A stretch of 64,000 nt of DNA from Octopus sinensis (GCF_006345805.1 NC_043019.1:2852001-2916000); one strand, 5' to 3'; shown: positions 1 to 12,380, numbered from the stretch's first letter. The notes: generated by a model from the letters alone, not told the origin. Numbers and translations: made by a program.

Positions 1-47
1 GAACCCGGAACCATGTGGTTGGTAAGCAAGCTACTTACCACACAGCC
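1..47 (-). mobile_element. SINE family A, partial head at window edge
   Basis: Reverse complement of head ggctgtgtggtaagtagcttgc...ggttccgggttc. Confidence 0.8.
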
Positions 48-131
48 ATAAGGACATAAACACTGGTTGACAAGCAGTGATGTAATACAAACACAGACAC
101 AAAAAAATACACACACACACACACACACACA

Positions 132-166
<35 letters not shown>

Positions 167-914
167 GCACAAAATTAATTTAGACAGCTAGTTGCAACGT
201 GATACCATAAAGGAAAAATTCAATTGTCGCTAAGCGTGGAGTGCCAAAGCACATACATTGCTAGAGATAAGAGTTAAAATACTGTTAATCATTTAGGAAA
301 TATGCAAATGTATACACACATGCTTAACAGGGGAGGTAGCCACACTTTGACCAAGTCAGTGTATATATATATATATATTCCATCCCATCAAAATTAATAA
401 AATGAACACAAGTATTGTATAGGGGTTTCTTTCTCTTAACTATTTCTCCCACCACCACCACCACCACATTTCAACAGTTACAATGGGGCTTTGATGATAA
501 GTAATATAGCCAGGTAAGCTTCTGTAGTGACTTAATCTACATTGACTCACTAGAAACAATAGTCAAATCTCCTGCGAATCACCATTCCCTACTGTTTTTT
601 TTTTCTTTCTTTTTCCTTTTTTTTTTTACATCAAAGGAGACACTGGATAATGTAATCCTGGATATATAATATGTTTAATCATAAGCAGATATACAATACC
701 TTTAATCATAGGATGGCTCGGGGCTAAACGATAACTCTTATTCATAGAATGATTATCATTTCTGTTTGAGTATGTTTGTTTAACTGTCAACTCTGTTAGT
801 TTCATTGGAAATATCAGAACTGTAAACCGAAAATGTTGTGCTTCTGATTTTTCTCATAGCCTGAACTGTATTTACTTAATAGAATTTGTAATTAGATAAT
901 TAATCTATTTTTAT

Positions 915-1895
915 TATGAGTTTTTCTTTTTTCTGTTGTTTCTGTTTCTTGCTGAGTGTCTTCTCGACTCCTAGGGCAAAGAAACTCACTGTATACATTG
1001 ATCAGGCCATTGAAATAAATGCACCAGATTGTTCATTTATAAAATCAGATGGAGTTATGTAGAAAAAAAATTATTTACGTGGGTGGTAATCAGTCTCACA
1101 GTGACGGTGCTCTTCTCAATACCTGTGATATACCTGTTAAAACAATCTTTTGCACTTTTCGCACGTAAAAAGCACCATCCAATCATGGCCATTGCCAGCC
1201 TTGTCTGGCTTCCGTACCGGTGGCACGTAAAAGGCACCACCCGATCGTGGCCGTTTGCCAGCCTCGTCTGGCATGTAAAAAGCACCCACTACACTCATGG
1301 AGTGGTTGGCGTTAGGAAGGGCATCCAGCCATAGAAACACTGCCAGATCAGACTGGTCCTGGTGCAGCCTCCTGGCTTCCCAGACCCCAGTTGAACCGTC
1401 CAACCCATGCTAGCATGGAAAGCGAACGTTAAATGATGATGACGATGATGATGATGATGGTAAACCAGGGATCATACTCAAATAATTTTCAGTATGTTTT
1501 ATTGATCATTCCTAGGGCTCCTACAATCACTAGTGTTGTAACCGCCTTGAGATACTACATTTTTCCGATTTCAATGAACAAATCTTTACATTTTCTTAGC
1601 TTGTCAAATTCTTTTGCTGAGATATCATGATCACAAGGAATATTTATGTCGATCAATAAACAGACTTCATTATTTCGGTCTTTTGCAACAATATCTGGTT
1701 TATTAGTTTTGATAGTTCTGTCTGTGTGTACTGGTAAGTCCCAAAGAACTGTTACATTTTCTCCCTCAGGTACAGCTTCAGCGTAGTGTTTCTACCACTT
1801 GTCAACAGTTTTGATTTTATAATGCTGACATATTAACCAGTGTAGATATTGGCCAACTCTGTCATGTCTTGATTTATACTCTACTGGTGCTAATG
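915..1895 (-). mobile_element. R4/Dong-clade non-LTR retrotransposon 3' fragment (RLE endonuclease), copy 1, split by a family C insertion
   Basis: Minus translation LAPVEYKSRHDRVGQYLHWLIC...TNKPDIVAKD...LIDINIPCD..KEFDKL...VIVGALGM with stops and frameshifts; 3' UTR (915-1050) aligns to copy 2; (att)n at the 5' junction. Confidence 0.85.
1161..1459 (+). mobile_element. Family C retroposon (modular ggcacgtaaaaagcacc units, (GAT)n tail) nested in R4/Dong copy 1
   Basis: ggttggcgttaggaagggcatccagc...gcatggaaagcgaacgttaa(atg)n; host sequence resumes at 1460. Confidence 0.85.
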
Positions 1896-1947
1896 ATTAT
1901 TATTATTTCTATTTCCCATTATTTTTATTATTGTTACTATTTCACAT

Positions 1948-2617
1948 TATTATTATTATTATTATTATTCCTTCTTTCTTCAAATTTTCTTCCGTTTCTC
2001 GCTGAGTGTTTTCCGTACATCTAGGGCAGAGAAGCTCATTGTATGCATTCCCAAATTACACACGCAAATTCACAGGTAAAATATGTATTCCAAAAATTAA
2101 TAAATAAATAAATTCATGAATGGATGTTGTTTTCACAGCGATAATGCTCTTCTCAGTACATGAGTTGTTCCAGTTAACACGATTTTTTTGCACTTCTTGT
2201 AGGGATGGTAAGCCTGGTATCATTTTCAAATAGGTTTCAGTACCTTTTTTTTTTATCATTCCTAGAGATCCTACAATCACTGGTACTGTAGATGCCTTGA
2301 GATGCCACATCTTTTCAATTTCTATTAGCAAGTCTTTATATTTACTGATCTCGTTAAATTCTTTCACCGCTATATTGTGATCGCAAGGAATACTCATATC
2401 AATTAATAAACACACCTTTTTTGTCTGATCTTTTATAATGATATCCTCTTTATTAGCTTTTATAGTTTTGTCGGTATATATGAGGGAGTCCCAGAGAATC
2501 GACACATTTTCTCCCTCAGACACAGCCTCGGGATAGTGTTCATACCATTTGTCAGCGGTTTTGATTTTATAATGCTGACATATTGTCCACTGTAAATACT
2601 AATATTATTATTATTAT
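1948..2617 (-). mobile_element. R4/Dong-clade non-LTR retrotransposon 3' fragment (RLE endonuclease), copy 2
   Basis: ORF 2056..2523 ILWDSLIYTDKTIKANKEDIIIKD...LIDMSIPCD..KEFNEISKYKDL...VIVGSLG; C-terminus VQKIVLTGTTHVLRRALSL after a frameshift; (AAT)n at both ends; 10-bp direct repeat tatttcacat at 1938-1947 and 2618-2627. Confidence 0.9.
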
Positions 2618-2627
2618 TATTTCACAT

Positions 2628-2975
2628 ATGCTGTCTGCAATATCTACAACATAAAATGGCAAGCTAAGATCTCAAATGTCTAAATTTTAGAAAAATGTGA
2701 TCTCTCCAGTATCGAAAGAATGCGGTTGAGAATTAAGTTCAAATACAAGATAATCACATTCCAAAAGTTTATTGGTATGGCCAACAAATAGAAGGATTCC
2801 ACAGTAAACGAAGATCTCTCCTAAGGTATAAGAATAATTTGTAATATTCACTAAAATCCTGACAGCTTAATGTAACATCTTGGTAAAGTTATTGCCTGGA
2901 TCAATCTGAGCAGCATTAAAATGTATCATGATGCATCTAAACCATTTGAGCTGAAGAAACAGAGCAATAAAAGAA
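2628..2975 (+). mobile_element. Degenerate RTE-clade LINE ORF2 C-terminal fragment
   Basis: Translates NIKWQAKISNV*ILEKCDLSSIERM...YGQQIEG...LLRYKNNL*YSLKS...SW, resembling the RTE I.WQD.I.N.EVL / YGEL..G.R / RYKD.LK pattern. Confidence 0.6.
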
Positions 2976-3207
2976 CTTTATTTTGTAATTAACAGATGCA
3001 TTTGACCAGTCCAAGGTAAAATCAAAATCATCATTAATCCCTCATTGTGACTTTATAACAAAATTCATGCCTGGACTCAAATTACATTCATGCATCTCTC
3101 ACAAATGAATGCAGCTCCTTTTTAAATCCTTGTTTTCTTATTCGTTAATCCTTTCTTCAATCAAAATCAACAGGAGTGACAATCATCATTAGCATCATTA
3201 TTATTAT

Positions 3208-3438
3208 CTCTTTTACTTGTTTCAGTCATTTGACTGTGGCCATGCTGGAGCACCGCCTTTAGTAGAGCAAATCAACCCCAGGACTTATTCTTTGTAAGCC
3301 TAGTACTTATTCTATCGGTATCTTCTGCCGAACCGCTAAGTTACGGGGACATAAATGCACCAACATCGGTTGTCAAGTCATATTGGGGGGGGGGGACAAA
3401 CAGACACACAAACATATACACACGCATACATACATATA

Positions 3439-3486
<48 letters not shown>

Positions 3487-3663
3487 CACACACATATATA
3501 CAACAGGCTTCTTTCAGTTTCTGTCTGCCAAATCTACTCACAAGGCTTTGGTTGGCCTGAGGCTATAGTAGAAGGCACATGCCCAAGGTGCCATGCAGTG
3601 GGACTGAACCCAGAACTATGTGGTTTGTTAGCAAGCTACTTACCACACAGCCACTCCTATGCC
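3208..3663 (-). mobile_element. SINE family A, full length
   Basis: Tail tcttttacttgtttcagtcatttgac, internal (TA)n/(CA)n, head ccacacagccactcc. Confidence 0.9.
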
Positions 3664-3695
3664 TATTATTATTATTATTCTTATTCTTTTCTACT

Positions 3696-4082
3696 CTAGG
3701 CACAAGGCCCAAAATTTTGGGGGAGGGTGTCAGTCGATTAGATCGACCTAAGTATGCAACTGGTACTTAATCTATCGACCCCGAAAAGATGAAAGGCAAA
3801 GTCAACCTTGGCGGAATTTGAACTCAGAACGTAACGGCAGGCAAAATACGTATTTCTTTACTACCCACAAGGGGCTAAACACAGAGGAGACAAACAAGGA
3901 CAGACAGACAGATTAAGTCGATTATATCAACCCCAGTGCATAACTGGTACTTAATTTATCGACCCCGAAAGGATGAAAGGCAAAGTCGACCTCAGCGGAA
4001 TTTGAACTCAGAATGTAGTGGCAGACGAAATACTGCTTAGCATTTCGCCTGGCGTGCTAACGTTTCTGCCAGCTCGCCACCT
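3696..4082 (-). mobile_element. SINE family B, dimeric form
   Basis: Head ggcgagctggcagaaacgttagcacgcc, two gcctttcatcctttcggggtcgat cores, two different tails. Confidence 0.85.
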
Positions 4083-4251
4083 TTGAAGAAACATGTATTG
4101 TCACAGTAATGCATCAATCATTATTATTGTTATTATTATTATTATTACCACCCTCACTTTTATTATGATTGTTCTTTTGCTGCCTCATTACATGATGTGG
4201 GCAAAATATCTGCTACAGTCTTAGCAATTTGAAATTTCCCACATAATATAA

Positions 4252-4663
4252 GCAGGAGTGGCTGTGTGGTAAGTAGCTTGCTAACCAACCACATGGTTCC
4301 GGGTTCAATCCCACTGCGTGGCATCTTGGGCAAGTGTCTTCTGCTATAGCTCCGGGCCAACCAATGCCTTGTGAGTGGATTTGGCAGATGGAAACTGAAA
4401 GAAGCCTGTCGTATATATGTATATATATATATGTATGTGTGTGTATGTGTTTGTGTGTTTGTCTCCCTAGCATTGCTTGACAACCAATGCTGGCGTGTTT
4501 GCGTCCCCGTAACTTAGCGGTTCGGCAAAAGAGACCGATAGAATAAGTACTGGGCTTACAAAGAATAAGTCCCGGGGTCGATTTGCTCGACTAAAGGCGG
4601 TGCTCCAGCATGGCCACAGTCAAATGACTGAAACAAGTAAATGAGTAAAAAGAGAGTAAGAGT
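4252..4663 (+). mobile_element. SINE family A, full length, young subfamily
   Basis: A-box-like gtggctgtgtggtaa and B-box-like ggttcaatccc; CORE-like cttgggcaagtgtctt; CpG retained; very similar to copies at 52016 and 57017. Confidence 0.9.
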
Positions 4664-5867
4664 AATCCTAAAAACTTGGTTTTATAAATAATGCTTTAGA
4701 AATATATTTAAAACGTTTGTATTTGATTTATATATGTGGATATATATATATTGATGAGGAGATGATGATAATCAGAATGTTTTAGAAATAGCAAACTAAT
4801 TGCTTTACTTGGGATTCTATTTTAAATTCCCATTGTAATATCTTCTAGCGGATTGTATTATATAAGTAATTTACTATATTATAGAGAACCGAGTGAGTCT
4901 TTAAAGCAAGAACCAATTGGAATACAAGAAACAAAATTATACTCAAAATGTTTTGTTGCTTTTTTTTTGCTTTTTTTGGGGGTTTTTTTTTTTTTTTTTT
5001 CTTGGCATTGTTCTTTCATTTTCTTTGGAAATATTGAATATTAGAGATAAGGAAATTATTTAGTTTCCAGCGTTTAGATTATTAACAGGAAAAAGAAAAT
5101 TGAGTTGATAACATTTTTGAAGAAAAGCTATTTCTAGCACACAATCAGAATTGTGATGTTTTTATAAAAGTAAAAAAAAAAAAATAATAATCTGATAATA
5201 CCTTGGAAGTGATGTAAAGTATATCATTCAGTATATTGTTTATTTACATTTTATATTTATATTATGTTTTATGTTTCTTTTTCTTTTCATTCTGAATATT
5301 CTCTTTTCAAGACATGACAACTTTAGATAAAGTTTAAGGATTACTTCATTTTTATAATTATTATTTAAATTTTTTTTTTTTTTGTATAATAAATTTCGCA
5401 GTAATCAAGTAGAACACTTCTGCTTAATTTGCTCCTATTTTTAATGGAGAAATTACTGTTGAGATTGAATGCTTTTAACACCTACCACTTAGTTGTGAAA
5501 TGTGAGTGGAAACTGAATTAAACAGAGTTATCTAACTTGCTCAGTAATAAAACGCAACTGTAGTGAAATCTCAACATTTGATCACTGTTTTTGTTAATGT
5601 CTTTCACACAGGCTTCATTATTACAATTATTAAGGTGCCTTGGACAAGACACTCAGTGATCTTGGGGTTAATGTAATTGACTAGTTGCTTCTTCCCAAAA
5701 TTTAAGGCCTATATATAGTAGAAAAAAAATAAAGTACCAGTTTCACACTGGGGTCGATGTAATCGACTTAATCCCTTTGTCTGTCCTTGTTTGTCCCCTC
5801 TATGTTTAGCCCCTTGTGGGTAGTAAAAAAAAAATATATAGTAGAAAAAAACCCATTATTATTATTA

Positions 5868-5898
<31 letters not shown>

Positions 5899-5944
5899 AG
5901 ATGTCGCACAATATCTCATAATTTGATGCTGCAGATTTAAAGCA

Positions 5945-6140
5945 GGGAGCTGGGTGAATCATTAGCATGCTGGGCAAAATGCTTTGTGGCATTTCATGTT
6001 CTGAGTTCAAATTACAACAAGGTCGACTTTGCCTTTGATCTTTTTAGGGATCAAAAAAGTCAGTACAAGTTGAACACTGGGGTCAATGTAATCAACTTGT
6101 CCCCACCCCTGAAATTGCTGGACTTCTACCAAAATTTGAA
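5945..6140 (+). mobile_element. SINE family B, diverged
   Basis: gagctgggtgaatcattagcatgc...ggtcgactttgcctttgatc...aaatttgaaacc. Confidence 0.7.
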
Positions 6141-6180
6141 ACCATGGTCATTATTATCATTATTATCATGGTCATTATTA

Positions 6181-6214
<34 letters not shown>

Positions 6215-6608
6215 GGTGGCGAGCTGACAGAAACGTTAGCACGCCAGGTGAAATGCTTTGCAGTATTTCGTCTGCCACTACGTTCTGAGTTCAAATTCCG
6301 CCAAGGTCGACTTTCCTTTCATCCTTTCAGGGTCAATTAAATAAGTACCAGTTATGCACTGGGGTCAATATAATCGACTTAATCCATTTGTCTGTCCTTG
6401 TTTGTCTCCTCTGTGTTTAGCCCCTTGTGGGTAGTAAAGAAATAGGTATTTCACCCATCGATACATTCTGAGTTCAAATTCCGCCAAGGTTGACTTTGTC
6501 TTTCATCTTTTTGGAGTCGATAAATTAAGTACCAGTTAAACACTGGGGTCGATGTAGTTGACTAGCCCCCTCGACCAAAATTTCAGGCCTTGTGCCTATA
6601 GTAGAAAG
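6215..6608 (+). mobile_element. SINE family B, dimeric form, between (ATT)n tracts
   Basis: Same head, core, tail 1, headless second monomer and tail 2 layout as 3696-4082. Confidence 0.85.
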
Positions 6609-7245
6609 GATTATTATTATTATTATTATTATTATCATGGTGGTGGTAGCAAGCTGGTAGAATCATTAATATGCCAGACAAAATACTCAATGATATTTGC
6701 TCTCGTTATTTACTAGGTTCAAATCCCACCAAGGTTAATTTGGTTTTTTATCCTGTAGGGGTTGATAAAATAAAGTACCAGTCAAGTACAGTAGCTAATG
6801 TAATCAACTACATCCTTCCCAGTTGCTGGCCTTGGGCCAAAGCTTGCAAGAATTATTATATTTTGTAATTATCTTTTCAGTTTTTCTACTTGACATCCAG
6901 ACAGTTATAGCAAAAGACAAAAACAACAATAATAATAATAGAAATAAACAAAGAAAAAAAAATTCCCCACAGCTCTAGCAATGTTAAAATTGTTTATGGA
7001 ACCAATGATTTTGACATTTTACTTCATTAATAATTTACTTAAAATGTCATTTTTCTCTCAGCCCAATTTTAAAAAATAATTGAAACCAAAAATTATAATC
7101 TTTCATATTGTTCCATCTTGCTTTTCCCCGGCTCTTTTATAATTACATGTATTTTGTGTTTTCTCAAACGAATAGTCTGAGTTGATGGAGAAATTCCTCG
7201 TAGTTTGTAGCAATGTGGCGGCAGAAGCAGCGACTTCCTATGGCT

Positions 7246-7681
7246 TCTCTTTTACTCTCTTACCTGTTTCGGTCATTTGACTGCGACCATGCTGCAGCAC
7301 CACCTTTAGCAAATCAACCCCAGGACTTATTCTTTGTAAGCCTAGTACTTATTCTATCGGTCTGTTTAGCCGAACCGCTAAGTTATGGGGACATAAACAC
7401 CACCATTGGTTGTCAAGTGATGTTGGGGGGACAAACACAGGCTCACAAACATATATATGTGTGTGTATGTGTGTATGTATGTGTGTGTGTGCATGTATGT
7501 GTGTATGTATGTATGTATATACGACGGGCTTCTTTCAGTTTCCGTCTTTTAAATCCACTCACAAGGCTTTGGTCAGCCTGAGGCTATAGTAGAAGCCTGC
7601 ACAAGGTGCCATGCAGTGGGAATGAACCTGGAACCATGTGGTTGGTAAGCAAGCTACTTACCACACAGCCACTCCTGCGCC
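7246..7681 (-). mobile_element. SINE family A, full length
   Basis: Tail-to-head match to family A with internal (TG/ATGT)n. Confidence 0.85.
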
Positions 7682-7727
7682 TGTTCAAAAAGATAACAAA
7701 AAAAAAGTCCATCTTTTGTCTTTTACT

Positions 7728-7980
7728 TGTTTGTCATTAAACTGCTGCCATGCTGGAGCACTACCCTGAATGGCTTAGAAAATAAGTACTATGATTTATT
7801 TGTTCAACTAAGTCTGGTACTTATTCTATCAGTCTCTTTTGCCAAACCACTTAGTTATGGGGATTGAAACAAACCAAGTCTGGTTGTCAAGCAGTGGGGA
7901 GAACAAATACAAATGCACATGCACACGCACAGAAGACCTCACATGTCCCCCCATACACACATACATACATACATACATAT
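7728..7980 (-). mobile_element. SINE family A, 3' half
   Basis: catgctggagcact...ttattctatcagtctcttttgccaaacc. Confidence 0.7.
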
Positions 7981-8248
7981 GTATCTGAGCTAGATAGCAA
8001 TCAGCCCCTTTTGCTATCATTCTCAGGGCACCTATGACAACAGGTATTGTTTTAGTCTTCAGGTTCCAATTTCTATTTCAAGATCTTTATATTTGCTCAG
8101 TTTTTGGTAGACCTTGACAGATACATTTATATCAATTGGGACAGTCATATCAATGAGGAGGCATGATTTATTATTATTATTATATTATTATTATTATTAG
8201 TAACGATACCGATTTACCTTAGAATTACATATATGCATGAGATTGTAT

Positions 8249-8342
8249 GTTCAAAGCTCAGATGAAGTTATTGGATGATATTCATGCTCTCAACTATGAG
8301 CACATTGCATCTTGTAGCAGAAACAGCTGTAAGCTAATGAAC
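8249..8342 (+). ncRNA. Type I hammerhead-ribozyme-like motif with long stem II (core CAGAUGA, U4A variant) in a Penelope-like fragment
   Basis: Stem I gttca-a-agct / agct-aa-tgaac; core 8259-8265; stem II gttattggatg/catcttgtagc with inner hairpin tgctc/gagca; GAAA 8320-8323; palindromic stem III acagctgt; GUA cleavage triplet (cut after 8331). Confidence 0.7.
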
Positions 8343-8575
8343 TTCGTAACACAATTGTTTATTGCTCTGTCATTCTAATTTCTTATTACTGCTATGTACT
8401 CAACTGATGCTTTGTTCAGGAGCATATATATGTTCAACTTTAACAGCATGTTTTTTGTATCACTATACCTAAGTGAAATCTTCATATATATATATATGTA
8501 TATATAAAGAATTTTTTGCGTAATGAGATAAAAAAACCAAGGCTGTGTTGATATTAGAACATTTATAGATAGAAG

Positions 8576-8627
8576 GTCTTACAGCTGTTTCCAGGATATT
8601 TATTAATTATATCCCTTCATCAGAGAC
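8576..8627 (-). ncRNA. Type I hammerhead-ribozyme motif (canonical CUGAUGA...GAAA, GUA site) in a Penelope-like fragment of about 8500-8815
   Basis: Minus strand GUCU CUGAUGA A GGGAUAU aauuaauaa AUAUCCU G GAAA C agcu G UA AGAC; 4-bp stem I, 7-bp stem II, palindromic stem III. Confidence 0.8.
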
Positions 8628-8835
8628 GGTGTGAGAGGATGGTTAAGTAATAATTAATTTGGGATACAAATGTGAGGTGGAGGAAAGAAAATAGATGTGA
8701 GATATGTAGGGGTATTGAATTTGTAGATCCATATTTTAGGCAGAATGGTAATATGTAAGATTCTAATACTTTATGAGAAAAATCCAACAGCATTTAAGAT
8801 TGTTCATTCCAAATATATATATATGTGTGTGTGTA

Positions 8836-9007
8836 TGTAAATATAATATGTGACAATTATTCGGTAGCCAAGATAAAACTGAGTTTCGGATGCCGAGGTG
8901 GAATTCTAGGCTACCGAATAATTGTCACATATTATATTTACAGATAAATTCCTCTATTTACATAATATTGAGGTCTCTTTCTTTCTTTTGTTATCTTACC
9001 ATTTTTA

Positions 9008-9011
<4 letters not shown>
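8836..9011. mobile_element. Penelope-like terminal fragment with inverted junction, between TA/TG microsatellites
   Basis: Perfect 34-bp inverted repeat 8836-8869 / 8909-8942; the spacer carries the 3' half of a hammerhead on minus (cggcatcc GAAA ctcag TT ttatct); tail gataaattcctctatttacataatattgaggtctc...ttaccaa shared with 21449-21517. Confidence 0.7.
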
Positions 9012-9094
<83 letters not shown>

Positions 9095-9097
9095 GTA

Positions 9098-9255
9098 CAG
9101 GCATAGCGGTGTGGTAAGAAGCTTGCTTCCCAACCACATGGTTCTGGGTTCAGTCCAACTGTGTAGCACCTTGGCCAAGTGTCTTCTACTACACCCTCAG
9201 GCTAAACAAAGCTTTGTGAGTGGATTTGGTAGACACAAACTGAAAGAAGTCCAAC

Positions 9256-9286
<31 letters not shown>

Positions 9287-9288
9287 AT
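9098..9288 (+). mobile_element. SINE family A, 5' half ending in (TG)n
   Basis: gtgtggtaagaagcttgcttcccaaccacatggttc. Confidence 0.8.
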
Positions 9289-10019
9289 AATAATAAATGT
9301 CAGTGACCATTGAGTTATAGCTCCCGGACTTTTATTCAACTCACCATTACTGTAGAAGCAATATGGGATGTGTAATATATCATATTATTCACTGAACACA
9401 CTTGCAGAGAAGAGTATTGAACCTGACCCATGTATTGAATGCAGTGACATCAACCAGGCTTATTTAATCAATGGAAATGACAATTGAACAAAAAGTTAGG
9501 ATTCATTATTAAAATTGCAATTATTTAGAAAATAAAGAAGTTTGATTATTGACTCGCTCGTGGTCAAATATTGACGAGATAGCATTGAAATTGTTAAACA
9601 GGTATTCACATATTTAATCTGACTTGCTGATCAAATATTGGACTTGAGGTAACAAAGTAAGAAACGTATGAAAAGATATGATTCTCTAATTCACAAATAT
9701 CGTTATCAATATGCTATAAATATTAGAATGGCTATGATAAAATACTTAATAACATCTGCTACATGGAAACTTAATAACAAAGTGGATGCTATTGTTCTCA
9801 TCACCGAGGATGAAATTCCAATTAAAACTTGTCAGCTGACTAAATCAAATGTGCCACCACCCACTTTGCTGAAGTTTTATGGTGGCAAATCGGCAGATTC
9901 GTTGGTTCTTAAAATATTGTGGCACCTTGCTTTCTGAGTTCAAATCCCTTTTATTCTTAATTTTTGCTTTCATCTGTCAGGATCAATTAATATATAATAT
10001 AATAGGCTAAGATAATGAA

Positions 10020-10372
10020 TGACTTCTTATCTTTTACTTGTGTCAGTCATTGGACTGTGGCCATGCTGGGGCACTGCCTTGAATGGTTTAGTCTTAAATC
10101 ATGTACATGATTTAAGACTAACATTTATTCTGTGGATTTCTTTTGCTGAACTGCTAAGTAACAGGGATGTAAACAAACCAATACAAGTTGTCAAACAGTA
10201 GGTTGGACAGATAGAATAACACACGTGAAGCTTTGCACAGTTTCTGTTTACTTAAATTCACTTGCAAGTCATTGGTCATTCTGGGCCTATAGTATAAAAC
10301 CCTTCCTCAAAGTGTCACACAGTGGGACTGAACCTGAAATTATGTGGTTTCAAAGTGCACCTCTTAACCCCA
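10020..10372 (-). mobile_element. SINE family A, diverged
   Basis: Tail and head motifs with many substitutions. Confidence 0.7.
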
Positions 10373-10713
10373 TATCTAAGCTGCTGAGATGACACTTTGC
10401 TGTAATTGTAATGGATCTGTGCTCTATTTGAGTGGTTGATTTAATCCAGGGCCCAGTTTAACACCACAACCTAACTTTGCCTTTAGCAGTGGTCATTCTA
10501 TTGCAAGCATTCAGGCCAGCTCACTGGTTTCAGATTCCTTGTTTCTTTCTTTCCCAGCTGTCTCAGAGACCCTGTAATGGGTCAGAGGCATGCCCTTACT
10601 TCTTGACTAAAAGATTGCTTTTAATGTAAATCTGGTGTTCTTGAGAATTTCCCCCCACCATTTGCTTTTAAATAAGTTATATCTTTCTATGTTTATTAAT
10701 AAAAATTCTCTAA

Positions 10714-10884
10714 TAGGTGCAAGCATGGATGTGTGGTAAGAAGCTTGCTTCCCAATCACATGGTTCTGTGTTCAGTCTCATTGTGTGGCACTCTGGGCAA
10801 GTGTCTTCTACTATAGCCATGGGGCTGACCAAAGCCTTGTTAGTGGATTTGGTAGACGGAAACTGAAAGAAGCTCGTCTGTGTA

Positions 10885-10954
<70 letters not shown>

Positions 10955-11190
10955 ATATATTTATGCGTGTGTGTGTCTTTGTGTCTGTGTTTGTCCCTCC
11001 CACCACCATCGCTTGACAACTGATGTTGGTGTGTTTATGTCCCCGAAATTTAGCAGTTCGGCAAAAGAGACCAATAGAATAAGTACTTGGCTTACAAATG
11101 ATAAATCCTGGGATTGATTTCTTTGACTAAAGACGGTGCTCCAGCATGGCCACAGTTAAATGACTAAAACATAAAGGAGTAAAAGAGTAT
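10714..11190 (+). mobile_element. SINE family A, full length
   Basis: Head, (TA)n/(TG)n core, tail gactaaaacataaag. Confidence 0.85.
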
Positions 11191-11574
11191 ATTTCATTTC
11201 TTAATCTAAGATCTGTACCAGCTGTTAAACTATGTTTTTGCTGACAAGGTTCAATAAGACTGAAATACATCTTGAGTTATCCCTATAATGTTAAAAGATT
11301 GGACTCACTCTCCTTTGCATTCGATTTTTAATTGATTAAAATTTCAGGCTTCTTCCCTATCCCCTATATTTTTTGACCCGCATTATTCATTTAGAAAATA
11401 ATTATCCTCATTTGGAAGGTGGTAAATTTCTTGGCTTAGCATCAAGTATACTAAAGCCTACTTTGCCATAAATAATGTCAATTGATAATAGAATATTTTA
11501 TAAATTTCTTCGACATTTCATTCCTATCTGACATAGATTTATTGCTAAATTCCTTCCTTCAACAAATTCTGTAC

Positions 11575-11815
11575 CGGTGGAGCAGCTCTATTTATCATAA
11601 TAACTCTACATCTAGAATCTACTGTCTCACTATATTTATAATAGTAACACTAAAAATAGAACCAGCTACAGCATTATGTTTATCGTAGTAAGGTTGCAGT
11701 TAGAACATTGTGCCACATGTAATTTTCATAGTAATTTTACTACTACCAGCTACTGCCTCACTATTTATCAAAGAAACATTATAACCAGAACCTACAATTT
11801 CCTATTGTATTTTTG
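11575..11815. repeat. Degenerate ~45-bp minisatellite; related units at 12815-12905
   Basis: Recurrent cactatatttat(c)atagtaacac...tagaa(t/c)c motif. Confidence 0.5.
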
Positions 11816-12042
11816 CAGCATACGAATCAACATGATGTAATGTGTAAACATGCAGTAGAAACATTCAAACATTGTCACTATTTTCCCAAATCTGCTGTGT
11901 TTACAGAGAAGTTTTGGTCCTCCAAATTCGTCTTAGTGTAAAATTCAACCTTCTTTCTATTTTTTTGCTGTAAATTTTGGTCTGAAAAATTCAACCTGCA
12001 TGCTGTGATGCAGAAAATTATGGTATATTTATCAGACAGGGT

Positions 12043-12380
12043 GAAGGCTCATGGCTAAGTGGTAAGAGCGTCAGCTTCACAATAATGAGGCAGTGAGTTC
12101 AGTTCCTGGACTGGGCTTTGTGTTGTGTTCTTGAGCAAGACACTTCATTTCATGTTACTCCAGTTCACTCAGCTGCAGAAATGAGTTGCGACATCACTGG
12201 TGCCAAGCTATATCAGCCTTTCCCTTGGATAACATTGGTAGCAAGGAGTGGAGAGGCTGGTAGGCATGGGCAACTACTTGTCTTCCATAAACAGCTTTGC
12301 CTGGACTTGGGCCTCAGAGGAGAATGTTCTAGGTGCAATCCCATGGTCATTCATAACCAAAGGGGATCTTTACCCTTTAT
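12043..12380 (+). mobile_element. SINE family D (tRNA-like head, tgttgtgttcttgagcaagacactt core)
   Basis: tggctaagtggtaagag A-box-like, gagttcagttcc B-box-like; a second, interrupted copy at about 22700-23035 on minus. Confidence 0.7.
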
